25,211 nt of DNA from a virus (taxonomy: Duplodnaviria > Caudoviricetes), in IMG/VR virus record IMGVR_UViG_3300037722_000865, positions 1-25,211 of that record. The stretch is one strand, 5' to 3'. The notes below the pieces were generated by a model, which saw nothing but the letters and a program-made list of their open reading frames with translations, made no database searches and was not told the DNA's origin. Below, in pieces: positions 1 to 7,323 of this stretch. Position numbers and translations under genes: made by a program. Every line of letters starts with the position of its first letter. Within the stretch, counting starts at the first letter, position 1.

Positions 1-12
1 GTGAGTTAAATT

Positions 13-97
13 GCGGGTGTGGTGGAATTGGTAGACACGCTAGATTTAGGATCTAGTGCCGTAAGGTGTGTGGGTTCGAGTCCCTCCACCCGCACCA
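13..97 (+). tRNA. tRNA-Leu (anticodon TAG), likely prophage integration site
   Basis: Acceptor stem GCGGGTG/CACCCGC followed by ACCA; D-loop TGGTAGAC; anticodon arm CTAGA-TTTAGGA-TCTAG; long variable arm; T-loop GGTTCGAGTCC; 85 nt. Confidence 0.97.
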
Positions 98-101
98 TAG
101 T

Positions 102-145
102 AAAAACAAAGGGTTAGCCTCTATCGGCTAACCCTTTTTGTTTTT
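102..145. terminator. Bidirectional rho-independent terminator between tRNA and convergent phage genes
   Basis: 12-bp stem AAAGGGTTAGCC (108-119) / GGCTAACCCTTT (126-137), flanked by A-rich and T-rich tracts. Confidence 0.85.
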
Positions 146-150
146 GCGTT

Positions 151-180
151 TTGTCCACATGTGTCCACATTTGTCCACGT
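151..180. repeat. Three tandem 10-bp repeats, probable integrase arm-type binding sites
   Basis: TTGTCCACAT GTGTCCACAT TTGTCCACGT, about 55 bp from the tRNA 3' end; the function is inferred from position. Confidence 0.65.
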
Positions 181-186
181 GGAAAT

Positions 187-633
187 TTATGTTTTTTGGG
201 CGATCTTCGCGCCGGCGTCGATCAGACTGTCGTGTGAGGATTCAAAGATTTTTTCAGAGCGCTCCCAGAAGCGGCCGATGACCTCCATCACGCCGCACTG
301 CTCGACATAAGTCATGGATTTCATTTTTCTGGCGAGATCAAGGCAGTCGATCTGCCATTTTTCGTTCAGGCCATCCTCGACGGAATCCTGAACATTCATC
401 CAGGCGTAGCGGGCCGGGTCGATTTCGGTTGATTCGTCGGGGCCTGGGAACACGGTGCCGTTGTTGGCATCCATGATCGCCAGCCATTCCCTCTCGGTTA
501 GCTCCGGCATGCCTTCGGCGATGACTGCCTGGTAGCGCCCGACGATACTGTTGATCCGGCCGCTGTAGTTGTCTGGGTTGCCGACGAAATCGGCATAGCG
601 TTTACTGATGCGTGGGCGATCTTGTGGGGCCAT
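187..633 (-). CDS. Hypothetical phage protein, paralog of 23784..24224; possible DNA-binding regulator
   Basis: Start moved from 672 to ATG 633 (upstream AAGGAG). Shares SGRxNSI, PELT, NGT, DGLxEKW and RFW motifs with 23784..24224. Confidence 0.75.
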   Translation of the reverse strand: MAPQDRPRISKRYADFVGNPDNYSGRINSIVGRYQAVIAEGMPELTEREWLAIMDANNGTVFPGPDESTEIDPARYAWMNVQDSVEDGLNEKWQIDCLDLARKMKSMTYVEQCGVMEVIGRFWERSEKIFESSHDSLIDAGAKIAQKT

Positions 634-635
634 GG

Positions 636-926
636 TTAAATCTCCTTGTGCTTTTGCCACTTTTCCCGCCACTGTTGCAGCGGGGCAGGGTCGTTGTTGC
701 GCCTTAATTTTGCATAGGCTCGATTATATTCTCTTGTTTTTTGCTGCTTTTCTTCTTTAGTCAAAAGTGGGCACTTGATTTTGCCGGTGCCTTTGCTGGC
801 GTAATATCTTTCTGATGTTTTTTCCAGAATCCTTTTTTTATTCTGCTCGTAATAAGCTTTGCAATAGGCGCGCGTTTTGTCGCGGTTATTTTGTTGCCAG
901 CGGCGGTTAGATTCTTTTTGGCCCAT
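636..926 (-). CDS. Small basic Lys/Arg/Tyr-rich hypothetical protein
   Basis: 96-aa ORF in AT-rich sequence; helical repeats such as KAYYEQNK and REYNRAY recall the non-catalytic parts of phage HNH proteins; no nuclease motif. Confidence 0.55.
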   Translation of the reverse strand: MGQKESNRRWQQNNRDKTRAYCKAYYEQNKKRILEKTSERYYASKGTGKIKCPLLTKEEKQQKTREYNRAYAKLRRNNDPAPLQQWREKWQKHKEI

Positions 927-940
927 CTTGGTTGCCTTTT

Positions 941-960
941 GCCCCGGCCGAAGCCGGGGC
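941..960 (-). other. Stable RNA hairpin with cUUCGg tetraloop
   Basis: Minus strand GCCCCGGC-TTCG-GCCGGGGC just after the stop of 971..1324; no U-tract follows. Confidence 0.6.
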
Positions 961-970
961 GGGTGATTGG

Positions 971-1324
971 TTATTTGTATAGTGGGGTTGAATCGCGATA
1001 GTAAGGATGACCGTCAAAACAGACATCGACGACCCCGATACAGCCATCGATCCCTTGATCATTCCATGCTTCAAAAGGGACGATTGCCCAAAACTCGGCC
1101 GAAAACGGCTTCGGTTTGTTGTACTCGTTTCTGGTCAGTGACCAGTTGGCTGCGTGAGCAGTGACTTTTTTAAAAGGAATGGCTTTGCAGGAAAGATTGT
1201 CGCTTTTTTCGACAAAACTATCTCGCGCACTTTTCGAGGAAAAGGCATAGACAGTCCAGTCGTTTGCAAAGCCGTGAGAGGATTTAGAACCGTGGTCGGA
1301 TTGGCCTGCGAAGTATCTTTTCAT
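971..1324 (-). CDS. Hypothetical protein, first gene of left accessory cassette
   Basis: 117 aa; ATG preceded by AAGGAG; has its own upstream promoter. Confidence 0.75.
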   Translation of the reverse strand: MKRYFAGQSDHGSKSSHGFANDWTVYAFSSKSARDSFVEKSDNLSCKAIPFKKVTAHAANWSLTRNEYNKPKPFSAEFWAIVPFEAWNDQGIDGCIGVVDVCFDGHPYYRDSTPLYK

Positions 1325-1397
1325 GGTAGGCTCCTTCTTCGCCCTTCCGTTGCCGGTGGGCTGTTAGTGGATGGGGTTGCTTCCCCCTGTTGTGATG

Positions 1398-1427
1398 ATA
1401 GTATGACATAGTGTGTCACGGTGTCAA
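1398..1427 (-). promoter_or_regulatory. Sigma70-type promoter with palindromic operator in the spacer
   Basis: TTGACA (1427-1422), 18-nt spacer, TACTAT (1403-1398); inverted repeat TGACA-N5-TGTCA at 1404-1418; AT-rich upstream. Confidence 0.7.
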
Positions 1428-1475
1428 CAAGAAAAGTGTGTTGTTTGTAAAAATAGATTTTTCAGGCCAGTTCGA

Positions 1476-2870
1476 TCAGCCGATATTGGAGCGCTCCTCC
1501 ATCGCCAGGTTGGCCTGCCAGTGGTTGCTCGGCAGGGGTTGTGGATCGAGCTGAGAGGTCAAAGCTTTGCAAAGTCGGGGCGTGCCGGTGTGGTCGACCC
1601 AGGTGAACGCGTGGCGGGTGCCTTTGGCGATGTCGCGTAGCCAGGCGATTAAGGCGTCGCGCTGTGTGGGCGAGAGTCGCCATGCTTGCTCGTGTTGGAT
1701 GAGCTGACTGCCGCGGGCATAGATGTAGGCGGCAGCGCTGCTGTCGTGTTCCATGATCTGCCGGCGGATATCGCGACGGCGGTAGGGCCTTACGCCGTTT
1801 GGCAGGGCGATGGTGTCGGTAACAGTGAGGCCATCGGTGATCAGCAGATCCACCGCCTGCTCAACGGTGATATAGCCCGGTAGGGTGACACAGGCCCGGC
1901 CTGGATAATCGGGATGCTGGCCACCAACCGCGCCGGCGCCGACCAGGGCAGAGCTGCCGCTGCCGAGATAGCGGCTGGCCACAGCAGTGACGTCGACCTC
2001 AGCCTGACCGACGCGTCCGCGGACTTTGGGGATCTGGTCGACAGCGTGGTCGGCGACCAGGTAGGTAAAGCGGTTTTTGATCTCCCAGGCAATAGTGCCT
2101 TTGAGATGGACCACCGGCACAGTGGCATTATAGCCGCGGGTAACGGTGACGGTGTCGCCGGAAACGGCGGAGATGTAGAGCTGCTCCGCGTCGAGCTGGA
2201 AGATCTTGCCGATCGACCAGCCGGCCACATCGGAGAGCGCAAAACTGGTGGAAGTGGCAGAGATGTTGCTGGGCAGGCTGGTCTGCAGCCCGGCATCCAC
2301 GGCCAGGGTGGGCAGGCGCTTGATGCTGCCGAACACGATCGGGATGACCTTGCCGACATCGTCCGGATCGGCATCGGGGTAGCTGGTGCGATCCACGCGG
2401 GTGCCCACCTGTTGACGCAGGCGCAGGGTCTCGTCCTCGAGGTCGAGGATCACTGTGGTTTCGTCGGGGATGGCGATGTCGCGAACGTGGAAGCGGCCGA
2501 ACTCCTGCGGGGGGTCGGTGGCAGGGTCGAGCCCGGCGAACCACAGATAGAGCGAGCAGGGTGACTGCTCGATATCAGGGGTTGATGCCAGGGTGTCCAT
2601 ATCGATCGTCGCGTCAGGGTCGATGATGACCTCGACGCTTAAATCGGCGACGCGGATCTCGCCAAGCTCACCGGTAATGCCCTCGCTGATCTGCCCCCAC
2701 GAGGCGACCCACGGCAACACGGTCACGCCCCCCTGCCATGCGGGGATAGCAAAAGGGGTGTCTCCAAGGTAGTAATCTACTCCGCCGACGGTGAGCTTGA
2801 GTATCCACAGCGGCGTGATGCCGGTTTTTTTAGCGCACTCTGCGGCATAACCGGCAGGGAAGGTCTTCAT
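1476..2870 (-). CDS. Phage tail tip/hub-like protein, possibly a fusion of two tail genes
   Basis: Motifs typical of siphophage tip proteins (YPDADPDDVGKVIPIVFG; TVTVTRGYNAT); the last ~105 aa (LPNGVRPY...HAFTWVDHTG) read like a separate small distal tail protein. Confidence 0.6.
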   Translation of the reverse strand: MKTFPAGYAAECAKKTGITPLWILKLTVGGVDYYLGDTPFAIPAWQGGVTVLPWVASWGQISEGITGELGEIRVADLSVEVIIDPDATIDMDTLASTPDIEQSPCSLYLWFAGLDPATDPPQEFGRFHVRDIAIPDETTVILDLEDETLRLRQQVGTRVDRTSYPDADPDDVGKVIPIVFGSIKRLPTLAVDAGLQTSLPSNISATSTSFALSDVAGWSIGKIFQLDAEQLYISAVSGDTVTVTRGYNATVPVVHLKGTIAWEIKNRFTYLVADHAVDQIPKVRGRVGQAEVDVTAVASRYLGSGSSALVGAGAVGGQHPDYPGRACVTLPGYITVEQAVDLLITDGLTVTDTIALPNGVRPYRRRDIRRQIMEHDSSAAAYIYARGSQLIQHEQAWRLSPTQRDALIAWLRDIAKGTRHAFTWVDHTGTPRLCKALTSQLDPQPLPSNHWQANLAMEERSNIG

Positions 2871-3205
2871 CAGGCCACCGCAAAATCACGGCAGGAAATG
2901 ATGATCACGCCGTCACCAGGGCCGTTGACAAACTCGTCTTTGCCGTTGAGCTTGCCGGTCAGGGTGGTCAGGGTTTTAATCGCCTCGGGGCGGTCCTTGC
3001 ATTCGGTTTTTTTGCAGCACCTGGGGCACTGCGCGTCGACGGTCCACATAGTCTGACTCTCCTTTGTTGATGTCTGTTTATTCTTGTCGTCATACGTCGC
3101 AATCTCTTCGTCCGTCAGGGCTTCACAGGCTTCGCACACTGAGGGGTGTCTGGTAAATCCTTGGCAGGCAATACAATGGTATTGCCCACAGGCGCAGCGT
3201 CTCAT
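2870..3205 (-). CDS. Cys-rich hypothetical protein
   Basis: Several CxxC motifs; translationally coupled at both ends; internal ATG 3049 has an AGGAG site, so a 59-aa product is also possible. Confidence 0.55.
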   Translation of the reverse strand: MRRCACGQYHCIACQGFTRHPSVCEACEALTDEEIATYDDKNKQTSTKESQTMWTVDAQCPRCCKKTECKDRPEAIKTLTTLTGKLNGKDEFVNGPGDGVIIISCRDFAVA

Positions 3206-3594
3206 CAGGGCATTTCCTCAGCAGCCTCCTCGATCAGCCCCAGCTCCGCCAGCACATCATTCCAGTCCACATCGATGCGGATTGTGGCCTGGTTGATAAA
3301 AGCGGTACATTGCTCGGCCGAGGGTGGTGTGATCTCGGGCCAGCGCTGGGCATAGTCGGCGGCAACGGCGTCAACCAGAGCGATCTGGCCAGCCATGACG
3401 GCCTGGATGGTCTGCACAAAGCTCTCCGCTGCGGCGGTTGAAGCGCCGTAGTGCGTGGGGTTGGCGGGTGACGGCAGCGGGATAGAAAACGTCTGGTCGC
3501 CACCGGCGTCCGGATCGAGGGCGCGGCCGATGGCGTTGGCGATATCCAGCAGTGCGGCGGGGACGATCATTTGTACGCGATGTGGCCAGCTCAT
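3205..3594 (-). CDS. Hypothetical protein, probably tail-fibre associated
   Basis: Start moved to ATG 3594 (MSWPHRV), which overlaps the RT stop as ATGA; 129 aa. Confidence 0.65.
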   Translation of the reverse strand: MSWPHRVQMIVPAALLDIANAIGRALDPDAGGDQTFSIPLPSPANPTHYGASTAAAESFVQTIQAVMAGQIALVDAVAADYAQRWPEITPPSAEQCTAFINQATIRIDVDWNDVLAELGLIEEAAEEMP

Positions 3595-4628
3595 AGAGCC
3601 CTCCTGAAAATTGCGGTGTTGAGTAGCTTGGCGCGGATCCGGAAACTGTCGGCGTGTTTGGCATGCCCGATCCATGAGGCGATGCGGTTTTTTATCTGGT
3701 CGATCTGGATGCGGCCGGCCGCATATTGCCGGACCATGCTTTTAAGGCGGCGGCGCATGCGATTGACGCTGGACTTTCGCAACCGTCGATGGGTCAGCCA
3801 CATGCGATAACCCAGAAAATCCAGGGCACGGCCGTGGCGGGTGGCCACCGGAAAAATCTGGCTCTTGTCGTTGGTTTGCAGTAACAGGTCATCAGACAAA
3901 AACCGTTCGATCGTCTGTCGCAGTTCTGCCAGGTGGCGCTTGTCGTGATGGACGATGATGAAATCATCCATATAGCGGATGTAGCGCTTTTCGCGGCAGG
4001 TGTATTTGACAAACCGGTCCAGCTCGTGCAGATAGATGTTGGCAAACAGCTGGCTGGTCAGGTTGCCGATGGGGATGCCCGTCTGGTCGCCGGTCGAATC
4101 AATAATGCCGTTGATCAGCGTGAGGGTGTTGCGGCAGCCGATATGTTTTTTCAGCAGCCGTTTTAAAACGACGTGATCGATGTTGGCAAAGTATTTGGCG
4201 ATATCGGCTTTGTAGACATAAACCCTGCCGTGCTTGCGTTTGACCTGCCGCAAAAACGCCTGAGCCTGATTGGCGCCGGTGTGCATGCCTCGGCCAACCC
4301 GGCAGGCGTAGCTGTCGCTGATAAAGCGTTTCTCCCAGATCGGCTCGATGGCGGCGACCAGGGCGTGCTGCACCACCCGGTCGCGAAACGGCAGGGCCGC
4401 AACCAGGCATTTTTTCGGCTCGCTGATCTCGAAATAGCGATAGGGCCCGGTGCGGTAACTGCCCCACATCAGTTCATTCTGCAACTGGATGACGTTGCCC
4501 TCCAGCTGCTGCTCAAAGCGCAAGACCTCGCCGCAACGGCTGTGCCCCTTGCGGGCGCGGCGGTAGGCGGCGTGCAGGGCGGCGAAGTCGTAAATTTGCG
4601 GGTAGAGATTTTTAAATGTTTTTGCCAT
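3591..4628 (-). CDS. brt: DGR reverse transcriptase (bRT-like)
   Basis: 345 aa; FRDRVVQHAL, GIPIGNLTSQLFANIYL (DGR-type SQ motif), catalytic YMDD, LDFLGY; adjacent to TR and avd. Confidence 0.95.
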   Translation of the reverse strand: MAKTFKNLYPQIYDFAALHAAYRRARKGHSRCGEVLRFEQQLEGNVIQLQNELMWGSYRTGPYRYFEISEPKKCLVAALPFRDRVVQHALVAAIEPIWEKRFISDSYACRVGRGMHTGANQAQAFLRQVKRKHGRVYVYKADIAKYFANIDHVVLKRLLKKHIGCRNTLTLINGIIDSTGDQTGIPIGNLTSQLFANIYLHELDRFVKYTCREKRYIRYMDDFIIVHHDKRHLAELRQTIERFLSDDLLLQTNDKSQIFPVATRHGRALDFLGYRMWLTHRRLRKSSVNRMRRRLKSMVRQYAAGRIQIDQIKNRIASWIGHAKHADSFRIRAKLLNTAIFRRAL

Positions 4629-4784
4629 GTTGCTCCAGGGCGGCCCGTGCGAGGGTTCGAGCCTGCCTACTGTCCCGCACGGGCCTGTTTATGTTTTGGC
4701 GATATCGCCAAGGATGGCCGGATCCTTTTGATGGTGCGCTGGCACGATCGCCGGTAGCGGATCGTGCTTCTGGCTATCTTCAAG
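4629..4784 (-). ncRNA. Structured DGR RNA spacer between TR and RT
   Basis: Stems at 4742-4749/4760-4767, 4696-4711 (16-bp perfect palindrome), about 4710-4727, and 4642-4651/4676-4685; same position as the BPP-1 spacer. Confidence 0.65.
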
Positions 4785-4903
4785 AGCGGGGCGGAAACCG
4801 ATGTTCGTGTTCGTGTTCGAGCGCGGGTTGTTCAAGTTGCAGGCGAACACCCCGGCATTGCTCGTGTTGTTCCAATTGCCGCCACGATACGGAAAACGCT
4901 CAG
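4785..4903 (-). repeat. DGR template repeat (TR)
   Basis: 119-bp ungapped match to 5315-5433 (offset 530); 17 mismatches, all at TR adenines; ten AAC/AAT codons in the target reading frame. Confidence 0.97.
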
Positions 4904-5251
4904 TTAACCCGGCCCTCCTGTGCGCAGGCTTTTGTACCAGCTGCCGATCATCCGGCCGACCTCGTCCACCAGCCTGCTCCACATTTCGTACTTTTTAAAC
5001 GGTAAAAACTCCAACTCTTTGGCCATCCGGATCTGGCTGCGCAACAGATCGAGGGTGGCGTCGAGATCCTGCATGGTGGTCTTTTTGTGATATCGGTGAT
5101 TGCAGACAATCACCAGGCGCAACAACTCCCACATGGTCTGGCGCAATTCCTGCGAGAGCACATGGCGCTCTGATTTCGGAAACTGCCGCAGGGCGATATA
5201 GCCATATTGGATCATGCCCTCGATTTTCTGTCTGATCAGTAGATCTTCCAA
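4904..5251 (-). CDS. avd: DGR accessory variability determinant (four-helix bundle)
   Basis: 115 aa, basic, TTG start; QFPKSERHVL and EVGRMIGSW motifs; lies between target gene and TR. Confidence 0.92.
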   Translation of the reverse strand: MEDLLIRQKIEGMIQYGYIALRQFPKSERHVLSQELRQTMWELLRLVIVCNHRYHKKTTMQDLDATLDLLRSQIRMAKELEFLPFKKYEMWSRLVDEVGRMIGSWYKSLRTGGPG

Positions 5252-5262
5252 ACGTGAACCAT

Positions 5263-5278
5263 CCGGGCTATCGCCCGG
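5263..5278 (-). promoter_or_regulatory. DGR target-recognition hairpin downstream of VR/IMH
   Basis: CCGGGC-GATA-GCCCGG (GC stem, 4-nt loop) 18 nt after the target stop codon. Confidence 0.75.
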
Positions 5279-5296
5279 CCCCCAGATCTCAGGTGA

Positions 5297-6397
5297 TCAG
5301 ATTGCAGAAACGAAAGCGGGGCGGAAACCGACGGCCGCGCTCGCGCCCGAGCGCGGGTTGTTCAAGTAGCAGGCGAACACCCCGGCAACGCTCGCGGCGC
5401 TCCAATCGCCGCCACGAAACGGAAAACGCTCAGAGAGGTTGCGCATATACACCCGGTCGGCTAGCAAGCCATTGGTGCCCGGTGCCAGCGCCAGTTGCGC
5501 CAGCAGTGGTGGCACGGTGACTCCGGCCTGTGGGGCAATCAGCTCCAGTTGCTCGCTGGCAGACGTTGATCCGTTCGACTGGCTGGTGACCGTCGTGTTG
5601 ATTTTGACGCTGCCAGTTCCGCCAGCTGCAGCAGCGTCGTACTTGAGCGTATCAGCCGTGCCCGGAGCTACGAGACTGCCATCCTGCAGGATGGCTTTCC
5701 ATGCCGCTGATGCCACACCGTGATCGGCGCCTACGGGATCCACAATAATCTGGATCTCGCCATCGACCAGACGCATACCGCTGACCCACTCCCAGACATT
5801 GCCGTTGAGATCCCGCACACCCCAGGGCGTACCGTCGTGACTCCACTCCAGCGGGCCGGAGCCGGTTAACGTGCGGTCATTGCCGTTGTTACTGCCAGGT
5901 GCCGTCCAGTCCTGCTGGATTCCCTGTTGGGTGAGCGCACTGTATTCGCGGCCATAGCTGTTGTTCCCGGTGGGCATGGTGTTGCCATCTCTGGCAGTGA
6001 TCGCCAAAGCGGCCCACAGGCCGTTAGGCATCAGATCCCAGCCGGCACCCTTGGCACGGCAGGCGGCCATGGCGTTGTCAAAGTTGATTGTGTGTGCCGG
6101 GTCCCTTGATGGCAGCGACACGGCGCGACTGTTGAGCAGAGAGGCTTGATACTTGCCGACCCAGTACTCCTTGCCCGCCTCAAACGCCGGATGCAGACCG
6201 CTGCCGTAACTGCCATCGATATCTTCGCAGTTAAACGGATCGACGCGCACCATGATGCTTGGCTGGCCGAGATCGTCAAACAGGACGGTGTTACGACCAC
6301 CGCTGGCGGCCTCGACTTTGGCTCTGTCGGGATTTGGCACAAAAATATTGTAGTTCGGCTTGCCGCATTTTCCGGCTAGGTGTTGTCTCAGGCTCAT
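5297..6397 (-). CDS. DGR target: Mtd-like receptor-binding protein with C-type lectin (FGE-type) fold
   Basis: 366 aa; VGKYQAS, INFDNAMAAC, DLNGNVWEW, RGGDW and GFRPA motifs; VR at the C-terminus; sits within tail genes. Confidence 0.9.
   Translation of the reverse strand: MSLRQHLAGKCGKPNYNIFVPNPDRAKVEAASGGRNTVLFDDLGQPSIMVRVDPFNCEDIDGSYGSGLHPAFEAGKEYWVGKYQASLLNSRAVSLPSRDPAHTINFDNAMAACRAKGAGWDLMPNGLWAALAITARDGNTMPTGNNSYGREYSALTQQGIQQDWTAPGSNNGNDRTLTGSGPLEWSHDGTPWGVRDLNGNVWEWVSGMRLVDGEIQIIVDPVGADHGVASAAWKAILQDGSLVAPGTADTLKYDAAAAGGTGSVKINTTVTSQSNGSTSASEQLELIAPQAGVTVPPLLAQLALAPGTNGLLADRVYMRNLSERFPFRGGDWSAASVAGVFACYLNNPRSGASAAVGFRPAFVSAI
5315..5433 (-). repeat. DGR variable repeat (VR)
   Basis: Encodes ERFPFRGGDWSAASVAGVFACYLNNPRSGASAAVGFRPA, against TR ERFPYRGGNWNNTSNAGVFACNLNNPRSNTNTNIGFRPA. 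Confidence 0.97.
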
Positions 6398-6942
6398 AAG
6401 ATACTCCCCAGTTCCGCCTCAGTCAGCGGCCGGTTGATCAGCAGCAGCCCATAGCACAGGCCGGTATGCAGATCGAACGTGGTACCGACGGTGATGGTGC
6501 GCACGGTGATCTCATCCGGACCAGCAAACACCAGCGTGCAGTCGCCCAGGGCCTCGGCGAACGTGGCCACCAGCTTATCGTCCACGCCGTCCGCCTCCAG
6601 ATAGTAGTAGCCGGAACCGTCCTGACGCAGCAACGGCTTCTGACCACTGGTGGCGTTGACCAGGTGATGACCAGTGCCGGACTGATCGACGATGTAGCCC
6701 ACCGGATCGCCGACTGCAGAGGCGGTTGTCATCGATTCTTCTTGCCAGAGTGTGGCGAGGTTCTGAATGTCGGCGAACAAGCCGAGCTCACCACCGGCGA
6801 ACAGGCTGGAGATTGCAAAAGAGGCGGCAAAGTTTCGCACCGCCATCGCCACATTGTCGGCGACGGTGGTCAACTGCCGGACTGCCAGCCCCGGCGGATT
6901 GCCGAGATGCACGGTTTGCTTGCTGCTGCCGTAGAGCCGCAT
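6394..6942 (-). CDS. Putative tail fibre/virion protein
   Basis: Motif GDPVGYIVDQSGTGHH...KPLLRQ...YYLEADGVDD is familiar from phage tail-associated beta-sandwich proteins; coupled to both neighbours. Confidence 0.6.
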   Translation of the reverse strand: MRLYGSSKQTVHLGNPPGLAVRQLTTVADNVAMAVRNFAASFAISSLFAGGELGLFADIQNLATLWQEESMTTASAVGDPVGYIVDQSGTGHHLVNATSGQKPLLRQDGSGYYYLEADGVDDKLVATFAEALGDCTLVFAGPDEITVRTITVGTTFDLHTGLCYGLLLINRPLTEAELGSIL

Positions 6943-7301
6943 CAGCTCACCCCGCGGCCAAATAGATTGCAGCGGAATACCGTTTGCTCAACTGCGCCGT
7001 TGGTGTAGCTCAGCCGGAAAAACGGCATAATGACATCAACGACAAAGCCGCCGCTGAGCGCATCGGCGGCGATCTCGATCGTCTCCTCGTGATCGACATT
7101 GACGCCATCGGCGGAAAACTGGATCTTCAGGGTGCCGGCCTGGTCGGCAAAAGCGGCGCCGGTCAGTTTGCTGAGGCGATCGCCACGCCACCAGCCGCTG
7201 GCTAACACGGCGTCGGCGGCCAGCGGGGTGACCGCCTGCAGGATGTGCAACGGGCCATGGAGCTGTAAGCTGGTATTGGGCTGGTGGATGATGTTGAACA
7301 T
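6942..7301 (-). CDS. Putative virion structural protein
   Basis: Start moved to ATG 7301 (upstream AAAGGAG); beta-rich, with DQAGTLKIQFSADGVN and FFRLSYTNGA. Confidence 0.65.
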   Translation of the reverse strand: MFNIIHQPNTSLQLHGPLHILQAVTPLAADAVLASGWWRGDRLSKLTGAAFADQAGTLKIQFSADGVNVDHEETIEIAADALSGGFVVDVIMPFFRLSYTNGAVEQTVFRCNLFGRGVS

Positions 7302-7323
7302 AGTGGGTCTCCTTTTTAATCGG

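Noticed and set aside
636-926. HNH homing endonuclease
   Set aside because: Only a basic helical segment is present; there is no HNH or paired CxxC motif
3591-4628. RT as group II intron, retron or Abi RT
   Set aside because: Short RT with the DGR-type SQ motif, adjacent avd and an adenine-specific TR/VR pair; no endonuclease domain or intron ends seen
4689-4982. 97-aa ORF resembling the target protein C-terminus
   Set aside because: It is the translation of the non-coding TR, which stays open because it mirrors VR; it overlaps avd out of frame
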